Source: Felis catus
Lineage: Eukaryota
Direction: 5' to 3'
NCBI RefSeq assembly: GCF_018350175.1
Contig: NC_058368.1
Span: forward strand, 45,572,001-45,636,000
DNA length: 64,000 bases
Below, in pieces: positions 11,889 through 25,181 of this stretch. The notes beneath the pieces were generated by a model. It searched no databases, had not been told where the DNA came from, and saw only the letters and a list, made by a program, of their open reading frames with translations. Both the position numbers and the translations under genes were made by a program. Position 1 is the first letter of the stretch. Each line of letters opens with the position of its first letter.

Positions 11889-13559
11889 AATTAAGGGGTC
11901 AAACATAAAGAAAAAAAGTCTCAAATTGGTCATTGATGTAGTATTCAAATTCTTATATCTCAAAATTGTTGTCCCTTAGCTTAATTAAATTTAAAAAATT
12001 CTACACTTAATATATTTGATGTACAAACATTTTGTTATGCTGAACACCGGCTTAATTTTTTAAAATTATGTATACTTATACATTATAGGTACCTGTCATA
12101 CAAAAGCTCTAGAATCAGCATAAGGAGAGTGCTTTCATTTTACAAATGTATAAAAATACATAAGGCTAAAATGGTATTGAAGATAAATATTACAGAGAAC
12201 ACAATAACCCAAAAATGGGTCAGCACAAACTATCCAATTGATTAGATGCTTGCAGAAAACCACAGCAAATGGCAAAATCAATTCGCCAATCAGCTTTGCA
12301 GTGTTTTATTCTAAACTCAGCCAGCTGGGCAATTAGGCGTATATGCGGTGGTTTTATGTCTTTCATTGAAGAAAGCATCATTTTCCTTTGGAAGCAGATA
12401 GTTAGGAACTATAGATGGGCCAAAGTTCACTAAGGTTACTCTCCTATGAACAGAGTAAATTAATGTGGTAAAATATGCTATTTTGATAGTTTGAATGATT
12501 CAAACCTGAGACAGAAGCCTTCATGAGTTGATTTTTGGTTATAGGTTTTGTGGATAGGAAATTACTCAATAATATTTTAATGCTGTGATTCTCTCCCATT
12601 ATTTCTAAGTGTTCCACTCAATTTACTTTTTTTGTGATTTAATAACTTATGCCTCAACCCAAGGAGAATTTCAAATGATTATTATTTGAGATTTTTTTTA
12701 AAAAAATAAAGAAATGAGACTTCATTGCAAATTTTTTTTTTTGAAAGCCAGTATTCAAAAAAATTTGTGCTGAGGTCAAATTCTGTTGTTTGAACTAAGC
12801 TATCAAGGAATCAGTGACTCCGGGTGAATGTTTAAAACATCCAAGGATCTTAGCATTGTAGAATTGAGAGTGAAATTAGAGACCCTTTATTGCAACTCCT
12901 TTATACAAATGAAAGATCTTATGCCTGAGATTTCAAAGTTCACTCAAGACAGCATTAGGTCTATAAGACAAAATCTCAACAGGTCGTCCAGTGATACTTT
13001 AATCTTCTACAATTGTCCATCCCTGCATACAGTAGAAATATTATTAAAGTATTAATTTCACTATAATGAAGAGGGTTAAAACAGTTCAATAGAACCACAA
13101 TTCATTGAAGAGAAACTACACCAAGTAACAGTACTTCCATTATGCCATTGAAAAGGTTTTCCCTTGATCTTGCCATCAATTATGCTTGGATACTAGTCTG
13201 GGGAAACAGCATTTTAGTGCTTGATAAATTTCTAAGTTAAATAAAGTTCAAAGATTTTCATTTAAAGCCATTTCTCTTGATTAGATATTTTTGGTAGTTT
13301 TTTCTAGCATCCTGTTAGCAAAATTTAGTTTTGAGTAACAATAAGCCAGGATTTATTGGAATGTAGAAACCACGAAGCAGAAACTACTGTGCCATGCCTT
13401 TGGCATGCTTCATGTCTGAGTCTTAAAATGTTTTTATGGCCATAGCCCATACATATAACAAGAATCCCTCTCACGTTTGTGAATGAATGAAAGACTAAAT
13501 AGATGAAAAAGAAAGAATTCAAAAGCCTGCCTGGCCCTAGCCAAAAATATCACATGTAT

Positions 13560-14440
13560 AGTATAGAATTCCCAGGTAGACTAAATGATAAATTCCAAGT
13601 GGACTAAATGTTTTGAAATGAAATGAAAACATGGAGAAATTTTCTTATAAACTCAAATGCAAAAGGTCTTAGGTCTTTCTTTTAAAACATAACACAAAAT
13701 GCAGGGGCATAAACTAAAAGATTGCTCTAGTTGATTAAACAAAAAGACAAAAGAAAAACCCAAAAATATCTTAGTGATAGGGAAAATCAAAGACAAATGA
13801 AAATGATTTCAAATCTGTGAGGTAAAGATTGCAAATATACCACAAAGGGCTAATTTCATTCATGTAAAAATAGCTCTTATAAAACAATGAACAGCATAAT
13901 AAAAAAAATGGAAAGATGATGTGAAAAGAAAGAAGAGAAATACAATGATTCTTCAAGGTATAAAAATATGCTTCATCTCACTCAATACTGAGAGAATTTC
14001 TTTATAAAATCATACCTAGGTTCCCTTTCTCATCTGTAAGACCAAAAAAAAAAATTAAAGCCACATTTGATAAAACAGTCTTCTGGCCAGCTGTGGGGAG
14101 ATAAGTAGTCCTACATTTTGCTTTTGGGAAGTGATTTGATGATGTCAGTTCAGATTATATTTAAATGTTTTCTTTGATCCAGAAACACTTTAAAGATTCA
14201 CTCTTAAATGTGTAAACTTTTACAAAGACTTTTTATCACATTATTATTTGTACCAGCAAAAAGTTGAATAGATGAATATTTATCAATGGGGGATGACTGA
14301 ATAAATTATGCTACAATCACACAAATATCATGCAAATGTGACCAGAAGTGAGGAAACTTTATGTATTCTCATGCAAAAATTGCTGAGAACAGAAAATAAT
14401 CAAGGATTAGGGGAAAAATGTGATATGATAGTTACTAAAT
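13560..14440 (+). mobile_element. Old L1 (L1ME-like) 3' ORF2/UTR fragment
   Basis: AATTCCAAGTGGACTAAA, AAAAATATGCTTCATCTCACTCA and ATCAATGGGGGATGACTGAATAAATTATG. Confidence 0.7.
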
Positions 14441-14478
14441 ATGGACAGGACATACATATACATTTATTTATATATTGA

Positions 14479-14672
14479 TTTGGAGCTAGACTTTCTGAAT
14501 TTATACCCTGGTTCCTCCAGGGATCTTATGCAAGACACTAATACTTCCTGTGTCCTACTTGTGTCATAAGTAAAAGGCAGAAATAACAGCACCAATATTA
14601 TAAGGATGAAACTCTTCACACGGTTCTTGGTACCTAAGAAGTGTCATATAAGTGTCATATAAGTGTTAATCT
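14479..14672 (+). mobile_element. MIR fragment with a 12-bp tandem duplication
   Basis: TTGGAGCTAGAC...TCTTGGTACCTAAGAAGTG; AAGTGTCATATA occurs twice in tandem. Confidence 0.6.
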
Positions 14673-17600
14673 CAGTATATTATTTTATAAGGATATGATG
14701 TTTTACTATATACTTAATAATTTATTAGTAAGTAATAATTACACATAACATGACCAGGATTCAGGACAAGTTGTGGAACTCTTACTATAACAAGCAGAAT
14801 AGATACCAGAAGAAAAATCAATGGAACTCCACTACACAGGCTTGAATACTCCTGTTGGATGGAATCTACCTTTGGCTACTTTAGTCTGACCAAAAGATAA
14901 GGGGCAGGGGGTGTTTAAGCAGTATCTGAAAACTATTGTGCCCCATGGAGAACATATATGGGTTTGTCCAACTACCACTCGATTTTAGCAAACTACTTTC
15001 AGGGTGACTTCTAAAAATTTTTAAATAAATTTTCCCTATTGATACTTAATTAAACTTAACCAATGGATTTCCATCTCACTGAATACCCCTTCCTTCTGGA
15101 TGATTTTGCTCTCCTTTCTTGAAGTCTCTGAAAAAGTGATTCTGTAACCATAAGTTCATTAAGCTTTTAACTATGATTTGAGACAAACGTTCTAGTTCAA
15201 TGGAACTAAAAACTCTTTAGTATCTAATTCCCATTTTCTGTTCCAACTACACTCAGAAATAACCTCATCTGATGCTACAAGCTGTCCTTTAACCCTTGAC
15301 CTTCAGATTTTGTCTCTACTCCTCATTCCTTTTTCTACGGTTGGCTGAAGTGTAACTTTATTCTGGGTTTTCACTGGTCTTTCATTATAATTCCCTTTTT
15401 TTTGCAGCTATCTTCTCCTTATAGTAAATTAACTTGGGCCCATTTTTGACTAATTGCTTAGGTTAGGACAATCTAGTCTATGGAACACAGAATTTCAGTG
15501 TAGATTGCATAAAAGAGATTCATCGTGCCAGACTTAATACACACTGATCACATACCACGGTGCATGCAATAGTCCTACCATTTGAAATAGAAATCTAGGT
15601 TTGTATTAGGTATATCAGTCTATACTGAGTCAAAGATGCAAGACTATTTGTTCATTTATTTGGTGCCCTTCTTTATGTTTGAACTACTTCACAATTAGTT
15701 TTATTTAATTGGGAGGTTGGGGTGAGGGGAGAAAAGTACCAACATTTTGAGTGCGTAGTTCCAGAAGTCCTTAAATGTAGGTTGGTTTAAATGGTTCATG
15801 AAGAAATTCAGTGAAAGCTTGCCCACATATTGCAATTTTGAAAGAACAAACAGCTAAGTTCACAGTCAGCTGAGCAAAAATGAGGATTTCAAAGCATCTG
15901 AGATCTTTCAAGATGGGAGTGCTGTCATGGGATAACTGAATCGATACTGGAGATGAATCTCATTTGAGCTACCGCAAACCTGCTGGACCATTTCCTGAGA
16001 TATTGTATAAAGCGATTGAAGATGGCGTGGTGTAATGTTGAACAGTTATACTCTTGCACTCTCTATTACAAAGAATTTTCAGAAAAGTAACAGATAAAAA
16101 TTTTGTCCTGAGTCTATATGGCATGGTTCTCCTGATTTGCTCTTCTACCAATGCCTCCACTGGTACCTACTTATTTTCATTTAAAAATGAATTGGAGATT
16201 AATAGAATATGTTTCTTATCTAAAAGGATAGAAAGTGAAAATAAAGGGAAAAAAGAAAGCATTTAATGTTTACTTATTTCTAAATGAATGCCGATATAGT
16301 AGACAATATGTAGAGAAGGTTTGAATTCAGGAGTATAATATATTTATGGATTTTAAAATATCAAAATAGTTCAAGAGCACTGTACTTCTTTTAAAATTCA
16401 AATTTTCTTTTCAATATATTATTTTGTGTCATCTGGAAAATGTTTTAGGAGTCTGTAAGTGCAGCCACAAGATATTATCCTTTTCTGATTGATTTCAAAT
16501 GGACTGGGCCACTTTAAAGATTTACTTTAATTTATTCCGATAACTTACAGGGTTGTATTTTGGTAGACTGGGTCAAACAGCCCTTTCTATTGCTCAATTT
16601 GCCATGGACAAGTGCAGTATTAAAATTGTGGAATGGGTTTTTTGGGGTCACTGATTTAACTAAAAGGGGTATTAATTCTGGCACATTTAAATTATTTGCA
16701 TGTGAATCTGAAGAGCGGGTTGGCTGGGTAGGGGAGAAGGACACTGCATCATTTTGTAATAGCATTTAAGCGGCCAACTCACAGAACAGGTATCAATGAA
16801 ACTTTTTCTTTAAAATGCACACCTGGGAAGAAGAAGAGTAGGCTGTTTATAGACCTCAAGCCAAAATATGCTAGAGCTGTTGTTCAATAGTTGAGTGTAA
16901 AGGGAACCCAAGGCAGGGGCTACTGGCTACTGACTACAGTTCAACTGGGATCCTGATGGAGCTGGAGGAGAGCTACAGCTTTTGTTTTGCCCTCGTTATT
17001 GTTTTGGGTATGACTGGGAGTTTAATGATGTTGGCACAAGGCCTGAAATGCAATTTGCTATTTTTATTACTCTGTCAATATGGTGCATTAAGGTCCTCAA
17101 TACTCTTCAACAAACGTAAAAGAAAAAAAAAGAACCTTTTTTATATCAAGCTCTATAGAAATTAAAACAGAAATGTCTAATGTACATTCCTCAATACCAC
17201 AGTCTAGATTAAAGCTTTTGAGTTAGTTTAACTTATCAATTTAAAACTATGATGAAAATCTAAACTGCAGAGAGATATATGGTTTCTGGGATTGCCTCTA
17301 GGGAGTCTTTCACACAGAGGCCCCTTTTTTCCTTTCTGTCCATATTATAAAGGTAAAAAGCCAAAGTAGACAAGGCCTTGTTCTTACCTCATAAAACACT
17401 TTCTACTTTGTTTCTCGCTGGAGATAAACAAAGCCTAGTTAAGTAATAATTTGAGGTCAAGTAAAAACAGGGAGATAAGAATGAAAGGGGATGAAAAAAT
17501 TTAGAATTTTTATACCACCACCCCTCCTGGTTTCTTATTCTCAATTACAGCACGTTGAAAGTAAAAATAGCCATTAAAAACCAAGATCTACCTCTGCCAT

Positions 17601-18150
17601 TATACCAAAAATCCATCCCAATTTTAAAGCATCACAATTGTTACAGAAATTTCCTTCTTCTCTTTTAATCTCAGAAATTACCAAATTATACCATGCAAAG
17701 TGATTTTGAAAATTGCTTGTAATTGAGGCAAATGTGTGGCTTTTGCCCAAACTTTCCACATAATTACTCTAATTATTTACTTGGCTTTTCTCTAAAATCC
17801 CAGTGCAACAGTATTTTAGGTCATGTTTCTTTGGGGGAAAAATTTAGTGAAAGTTTTGGGTCTCAAGTTAAGTAATATCTCAGGTTTCCTTAAACTGCAT
17901 TTACCAGTAATTTAAATGCACAGTAGTTATGATTTATGGTTACCAAAGAAGCTGTAATTAGTTTATACTGCCTTTCTGGTTGTTGCAAATAATCTGAATT
18001 CTCCTTGTCAAAACTTAAGTAGAGTTAATCCCTTTCCATATGCTAACCCTATCTCTTTACTCTTGTTCAGAGAAATTTCAGGCGATTGCATTGTGTTTTG
18101 TTTGAGTGTGTATTTGTTTACTTAATGTCCATGTCAGTCTCTCTTCAGAG

Positions 18151-18372
18151 CAGTAGTCGGTAGACTTTTAATACAAAGGGGTCTGACAGTAAACATTTCA
18201 TGCTTTGTAAGCTATAGGATCTCTGTTGCAACTATTCAACTCTGTTGTTGGATCACTAAAGCAGCCGCAGGAGATACGTAAAAGGAGTGTAAATGTGTGC
18301 TAATAAAACTTTATTTACAAAAACAGGCAGCAGACTGGATTTGTCCCACAGGTCTTAGTTTGCTGAAAATTG
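18151..18372 (-). mobile_element. MER58A (hAT-Charlie DNA transposon)
   Basis: TCTCTGTTGCAACTATTCAACTCTG and AATAAAACTTTATTTACAAAAACAGGC...TAGTTTGCTGA; full length, within L2-like flanks. Confidence 0.9.
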
Positions 18373-18491
18373 ATTTAGCTTTTATAAACTTCAGGGCAGA
18401 GACAAGGATTTGTACATTTTTCTTTTGTTTTGTTTTAAATCTCCTTCACTTATAGAGTAAATAACCCTAGTATTTGTTTAGGGGGTAGCAT

Positions 18492-18496
<5 letters not shown>

Positions 18497-18566
<70 letters not shown>
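18497..18566. repeat. Compound (TA)n(CA)n microsatellite
   Basis: Seen directly. Confidence 0.97.
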
Positions 18567-19084
18567 TATATGTATACACATGTATTTTTTATATGAATGA
18601 TCTTATTTCATGTGAAATAACTTGAATTAATGTCTGATATTATGGATATTGACTATGAATATAATCAGAAAAAAGAACACTATTCCACTTTATACTTAAG
18701 TAAAATTTTTCCAAATTTAAACTTATTTGGAAAACTAGATCTTTGAAAGTGCAGCATATAGTACAAGTATACAGCAATATTTGGTTCTTCTCTACTTTTA
18801 GATATCCAGAAAGCTTATAACTTCCCACCCATCTGAAGTTAGGCATAACTACATGCCAAGTTCTGGTCATTGAAATATATGTGCTATCAGTGGGAATGAT
18901 AATAATTCCTGACATATATTTAATATCAAATGCAAAACATAAAACAAATCATAAGTATCCTCTCTATATATATTCCACACAAAACAAGCACATGTGAAAT
19001 TCCTGGCTAAAGCCCACCATGCTAACTGAAAACTCTGTTTATCAGTATTTTGGATTATGTTTAAACAATTTTTAATAAAAAATA

Positions 19085-19300
19085 ACAATTGTGGTAATAA
19101 CAAGAGTATACGGATCTGTACTGCTCACTATGTGTGCTGGTTCTTTTCTGAGTCCTTTATACATACTAATTATATACTCACAAAAAAATCTATGAGGTAA
19201 ATACTATTATTAAGCCAATTTTATTGAAGAAATAGCTGAAGTACAAATTCCCCAAAGTCACTTAATTGATAAGTGCTAAGATCAGGTTTGAACAGAGCTT
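19085..19300 (-). mobile_element. MIR
   Basis: CTCACTATGTGTGC...CTATGAGGTAAATACTATTATT...CCCAAAGTCAC. Confidence 0.7.
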
Positions 19301-19550
19301 TACTATGTTGTTATAAACATGGGAATTTGTAACAAATTCCTTACTGTGTTCATTACTATCCAAAAATAAAATGTTGAAAATTAAGATATATTGCTAATAA
19401 AAAAAAACCTGAAGGCGTAATATTGCCTATCCTGGCAATATTTTGACAAAAATAATTTGGAAATAGCTGAAATGTTCATCAATAGAGGATTATCTATACA
19501 GTACACTTATCTCTAAGATGGAATAATATGAGAGCATGAAAAATATTGTA

Positions 19551-19771
19551 AGGGTGCCTGAGTGGCTCAGTCAGTTACACTGCTGAATTCGGCTCAGGTC
19601 ACGATCTCACATATTGTGAGTTCAAGGCCCACGTTGGGCTCTGGGCTGACAGCTCAGAGCCTGGAGCCTGCTTCAGATTCTGTGTCTCCCTCTCTTCGTC
19701 TGCTCCTCCCCCACTTGTGCTCTGTCTCTCTTTCCCTCTCACACACACAAAAATAAACATTAAAAACAATT
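19551..19771 (+). mobile_element. CAN-SINE, inside an old L1 3' remnant at about 19420-19860
   Basis: Full body; TSD AAAAATATTGTA at 19539-19550 and 19772-19783. Confidence 0.97.
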
Positions 19772-19875
19772 AAAAATATTGTAGAAGACTACTGATATGG
19801 AAAAAATATTCACTATTTATTAAATATCTTACCAAATAATGTGTTCTATTTTATATATATAAAAGATAAATACTC

Positions 19876-20058
19876 ATGGTGTGCTGGTAGATGTTTAACA
19901 ATTGGCTCCCTGGGAAGAAAAAGATTTCCACATTGTAAGTATTCACATCCTGGCTGATTTTAAGCTACCTCTGTAAAAACTGGTAAGCTACCAGACCTGG
20001 GAAGAAACAAACACTTAGCTCCTATGGCCATTACAGGCTGGCTTTCGCCCACCAAACA
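19876..20058 (+). mobile_element. MER63-like hAT DNA transposon
   Basis: TGGTGTGCTGGTAGATGTTTAACAATTGGCTC...TGGCTGATTTTAAGCTACC...CTGGGAAGA. Confidence 0.65.
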
Positions 20059-20103
20059 CTAAATATTAAGTATAGGTGATTTCTGGGTGGTGGGAATATA
20101 AGT

Positions 20104-20550
20104 GTGCCATTTTAGGTCCTCTAAGAAGAAATTGCTAAGATGAGTTTAAAAGTACAAGAGTCTCAGTGAGGGGAAGTCTGTGAAAGATAAAAGAGAAGGG
20201 ATCTGGAGAAGGCAAGGAGAAAGTCTTCAGATCTTGCTGTAGGTCTCCACTTGTGAAAGGAAGTAGGGGATGGTAAGGTTAAGAAGAGCCTTGGATCCCA
20301 GACCTCAACCTAAGTGTGGGAAAATCTCTGCTAGGAAAATGGGGAGACCTCAAGTGAAAGTTGCCCTTTCAAGGAGTTCTATATCTTATAGCAGTACCAA
20401 CACTAATAGTCTAGTAGTGCTTGGCCACTGGCTGGGAGCGGCTAGGGGAGTTATGGCCCTGCTTGCATGAAAGTAATGGAGCAAATGAACTCTGCTTCCA
20501 TGGGAAGTTCTCTTGAAAGTGATCCGACAGGCTTACTTCTATGGCCTCCG
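20104..20550 (-). mobile_element. LTR16A/B-like ERVL solo LTR
   Basis: GGTCCTCTAAGAAGAAATTGCTAAGATG...CTTGTGAAAGGA...GTTCTCTTGAAAGTGATC matches reverse LTR16. Confidence 0.75.
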
Positions 20551-20765
20551 TGATAGGTATCTACTTTTTCTTATCATCTTTTCACTATTTTTGTTACCAT
20601 TTTCTACAACCTATTGATTTGAAGATGGAGAAATATATTTTAACTATTAATAATTTCAACTGTGTTTAGATTCCATTCATCCAGGACTGATTATATATCA
20701 TTTTATAACCTCTCCTCACAATGAATCATTACCTAAGTCTTCAAAGTTTATAAAGAACTACCATA

Positions 20766-20868
20766 CACATTAATACAGTTATATATATTATATATATGTA
20801 ACTATATAGTTATATATATAGTTATATATATAGTTATAACTATATATATATTAATATATATTAATGTG
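20766..20868. repeat. Palindromic AT-rich simple repeat
   Basis: Tandem TAGTTATATATA units, internal perfect palindromes, 10-bp outer inverted arms. Confidence 0.85.
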
Positions 20869-21119
20869 ATATAATAAGATATTTATTTTTCCTCAAATAA
20901 TTTCATTAAATAACCCTTGCTCCCAACATTAAACATCCTACCATCAAAAAAATATGTGACTCTTCTAGTGCCACACAGCTAATAATGATGGAGACAATAT
21001 TCAAACACAAGAAGATCCTAGATATCTTTAGGTTTTTTTCCACATTTTAAAAAAATAATGAGTACACTGGCTTCCATTGGTTTTCCATATATTATTTTGA
21101 TTTCAGTATGAGTTATGAG

Positions 21120-21261
21120 AGGCAGCCCTGTGTAATAATTAAGAGCATGGCTTCTGCAGGCAGGCTGCATGGATTTGAAGCCTTGCTCTGTGATTTATTA
21201 ACTGTGTGACTTCAGGCTAAGTCACAAAATCTCACTGGGCCTCAGTAGTAACATCCTTTAC

Positions 21262-21303
<42 letters not shown>

Positions 21304-21462
21304 GTGGTGATGATGGTGACGATGACGACAGTACCTAATTCACAGGATTGCTGTAAGCATCAAATACTTGGAATATTTGCAAAGCATTTACTCTTGTAAA
21401 ACACTTACTTGTAAAGCGCTCTTAAGAATGCCTGGCACGTAGTGACTGTATGTAAATGTAAC
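21120..21462 (+). mobile_element. Near full-length MIR with internal (GAT)n
   Basis: TTAAGAGCATGGCTTCTG...CTGTGTGACTTCAGGC...GCCTCAGT...AGTACCTAATTCACAGGATTG...TGCCTGGCACGTAGT. Confidence 0.88.
21262..21329. repeat. (GAT)n trinucleotide repeat with GGT/GAC variants
   Basis: Seen directly. Confidence 0.95.
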
Positions 21463-21621
21463 AAAACGTGTTAATAAAATTATCATCACTTAATAGGTAA
21501 AAAATTTAAGTTTAAGAAATATTAAGTAATTTTTCCAAGGTGAAGGAAATGAATACCTTAATTATGGTTTTAAAAAAGAAAAGATCAGCAAATGCAATCT
21601 GGTGAATTACAAAAAGCCAAT

Positions 21622-21746
21622 GAGCCATGCAACCTTGGCCAAGGCACACTCCCCCTCTGGACCTTAATTTCCTCATCTGTGCAATGGTGTGTTTATACTA
21701 GACAGTTCCCAAGGTTCCTCCTAGGTCTATAGTTTTATGGCTTCTA
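21622..21746 (+). mobile_element. MIR3-like fragment
   Basis: ACCTTGGCCAAGGCAC...TTTCCTCATCTGTGCAATGG...CTAGA...AAGGTTCCTCCTAG (L3-like tail). Confidence 0.75.
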
Positions 21747-22545
21747 AGAATTTAATTTGACATCATTAAACTCTAAGAAAAACGATTTCCGTTTGACATT
21801 TTGTTTCAGGGGGAAAATGTAGAAAAATATTTAATATATAATTCTAAACAACCCAAATCACCAGCCATGTATTTGGTTACTATATCTTTTATAATTTCCA
21901 GCAGTATAAAATAAACTTAGTCCAAGTTAGTGTAAAACACTTCATGGTTTTTAAGATAATTTGTTTTTTAAATTACAATGAAGTATGCAGTATTTAGCAC
22001 CTAAGACAAATATGTTCAGAAATTTTCTTTTGCAGTTGAAATTTATTAGGAAGTGTTGGAAGTTGTAGCACCTATAGGAAAACTTTAGGGAGGGTAATTC
22101 ATGTTGAAAAAGCTTTGGGAATTTTTTTCTCCTTTTGCTCTATTTTTAGAGTCAGTCCAAAAGTGGTGGTTAACATACCAAAACTGTCAGGAATCAAAGT
22201 GATAAAAACATTGCCATTTTATTTTTAAAATTCTGGCACTCATCCTATAAATAAATTAAATTATTTCCAGCATAATTAAAGGGACTAGGGCATGCTACAA
22301 GGAGGGCTACTTTTGAATTCATAGCTTGATGACAATAAACAAATGATAACACTGAAGAAATATGAAGAGCACAGTTTAGTAGCCTTTAACTGTGGGCCAG
22401 ACACTACATGCATTCTATCACTAAAATCCCACAGAGATAAGTCTTGTCATCATCTCCATTTCCCAGCGGAAGATGCCAAGGAATCTCAGAAGCCATGCAA
22501 AGAGCTCTTACTTATTCATTACTTCTCTTTGTGCTGTTAAACATT

Positions 22546-22985
22546 GTGTGGTATAACGACAGCAGGTCCTTTCAGTCATACCCTGCCCTGTCGGACACAT
22601 ACAGGCCAGACTTGGATCTGTGTTTCTTTGCCTGGGACCTTCTCTCAGGCCAGAACCCACTCGAATGGAAAGGAATCTCCTGAGAATTAATCTCTCCATC
22701 TTCTCCACATCCGTAACCACACACAATAGCATTCCACCAAGAACACACTAGTTCCTCACCTTTCAGATGGAGTAACTCTGTAAAGCCTGTTCAGTACAGT
22801 TGGATTGAGCTCCAGCTACCTTAGGTAATATCGTCTAGATAGTGCAAACTGAACTGGCTACCCTCCTTTCTCTGTCTCACTTCATGTACACTCTACTAGT
22901 GTTTCCCACAATTATATTCAGATAAATGTCTTGTGTTAGTATTATTGCCTAAAACTGTGTTTCTGTTTGAACCCCAACCAAGATA
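22546..22985 (+). mobile_element. LTR16-type ERVL solo LTR
   Basis: GGATTGAGCTCCAG...CTGTCTCACTTC...TTTCTGTTTGGAACCCCAACCAAGATA terminus; flanked by MIR pieces. Confidence 0.65.
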
Positions 22986-22989
22986 TCAT

Positions 22990-23190
22990 GCTATTTAATC
23001 CTTACACTAACTTTGAGGAGTAGATAGTACTTCAATTTTACAGAAATAGAAACGAGGCTTAAAGACATTAAATAATTGAAGAAGGAAACAGAAGTTAAAT
23101 AATTGTATTCAATTTGGCACACTGGTTAGAAGCCAGACTCTGGGCACATCTTTGCTGTAGTTTGCAGAATCTAAGCTTGTAGACATTATC
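22990..23190 (-). mobile_element. MIR fragment
   Basis: TTTAATCCTTACACTAAC...ATTTTACAGAAATAGAAACGAGGCTTAAAGA. Confidence 0.7.
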
Positions 23191-23751
23191 CTACCTACTC
23201 CCTACATCAAGTAAATGTACTAAGGCTCTATGAATGGAATAGGATAACTAAATCAGCATTAATAGATAAAAAACATTCATAATACAGCCTAGATAAATTA
23301 TACTAACTTCAAAACAAAGGAAAACATTTAATAGTCCATAAAGTCAATGTATCTTTTTTTAATCTTAGTTGTGACTATTAATTACAGTTAGCTGATAATC
23401 ACTTTTCTTCATTGAATAATATGTACGATATATTCTAATTTGTTGATAAAATCTCAGTCAACAAAGATATTTTTCTTAAATATTATGGAAGACTGGTATA
23501 TCTTCTCTTAAAAAAACTTATTATGCCACTGATGAAATTAAGAAATATGATCCATTTTCTTTAAAGTGGAATCTATTTGAAGCCAAAGAGCATGAGTACC
23601 AAAGGGAATGTTGAACCAGAATAATACAGTATGCTTGAGATCACTTTTTAGTATTTCCACTAAGATCAAGCTGAGAATTCTGGAGAATAGCTCTTTTCCT
23701 TCCTTGTCAATTCACTGAGTGTCTCAAAAATAATAAAATATATTTATTCTT

Positions 23752-23962
23752 TTTTAAATTTTTTTAAACGTTTATTCATTTTTTTAAAGAAACAGAGCAC
23801 AAGCAGAGATGGGGCAGAGAGAGAGGGAGACAGAATTCAAAGCAGGCTCCAGGCTCTGAGCTGTCAGCACAGAGCTCAACACGGGGCTTAAACTCATGAA
23901 CCCTGAGATCATGACCTGAGATAAAGTCAGACGCTTAACCGACTGAGCCACCCAGGTGTCCC
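23752..23962 (-). mobile_element. CAN-SINE
   Basis: Full body; TSD TAAAATATATTTATTCTT at 23734-23751 and 23963-23980. Confidence 0.97.
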
Positions 23963-25181
23963 TAAAATATATTTATTCTTGAATATGTGATCACATGTTT
24001 ACTTTCTACCAAAGTTAAGTCTGGAAAATTTTTGAAAAAAAAATGTGTAACTTATTGTGTGATCCCAAATATAATCTCTAAATTTACAAGCCATTCTCCC
24101 GAGCTATCTTGTGTTAATTAGACACATTGATCTCCAAATGGGTTTTATTTCAAAGTACATGATTTGACTTATGTCATTTCCACTTTTTTCCTTGACAGTT
24201 TTACTAAGTTATATTGCAATTTGAAACAGTGAAAAACATTACAGAAAGTTGCAAACAAATTGATTCTGTATGTTTCCATTGGTTTTGATGATTACTGATG
24301 ATGAAGATTCTCTGAAAGTTCCATTGAAAAATGTCTTGCCAGCCATCTAATATTTGTTTTGTTTGTTTTGCTTTTGCTTTTATACTTTCTTCGTTCAATT
24401 ATTTCCCTTTCAGCTCCTTATTAGTTCTCTTTTATAAATATTCTTTAAAAATAGTAACAGCAAACACATATAGTACTTACTGGATTGAAGGAACACAGCA
24501 AAGCATTTTATTAACTCATTTAGTTATCTCATATTCAGCAAAAATTACTTCTGCACTAATAGAATTATTTTACACACAAGAAAACCAACGTAAAAAGGTG
24601 AGAAATAAAAAGCAGTCTATGACTGCCTGCAATCATTAGGACACTACCTGACAGATAATAATGTAGCTAGGAACTGGCCCAGAACTGCATGTGGAAATTG
24701 AAGAAGATAATTTATAATAAGCATTACTTCCTGAAGGTCAGTTCATCAGGTCAGAGATTGGAAAATTACATCTACAAAAACCACCCAAGAAAGAAACCAT
24801 GCAATATTCTCACTGATATATGGTACTAAATAAAAACAAGTATTAAACAACAACAAAAATCTTCAATATTCATGACCATTCACAACTATTCTGATTTGGA
24901 TTAATATTTAACTTTTTTTAAGCAAAATACATTCAATCGTGGGATATATTACTGAAACGAGCTGCATGTTTTTCATATATGAAATTACAATTATGGTTCC
25001 AAATCTAATTTTAAAATGTTTTACAGGACTTGTATTTTCCAAAATCATCTGAGTAGTGTGGAAAAGAGTTGTATCATCAAGTCACATTTATATCTATATA
25101 ATATTTATAACAGTATTCATAATACAATATAATATTATTAGTACAAATATTATATTAAAAGTTATACAAGAATAAGAAATC

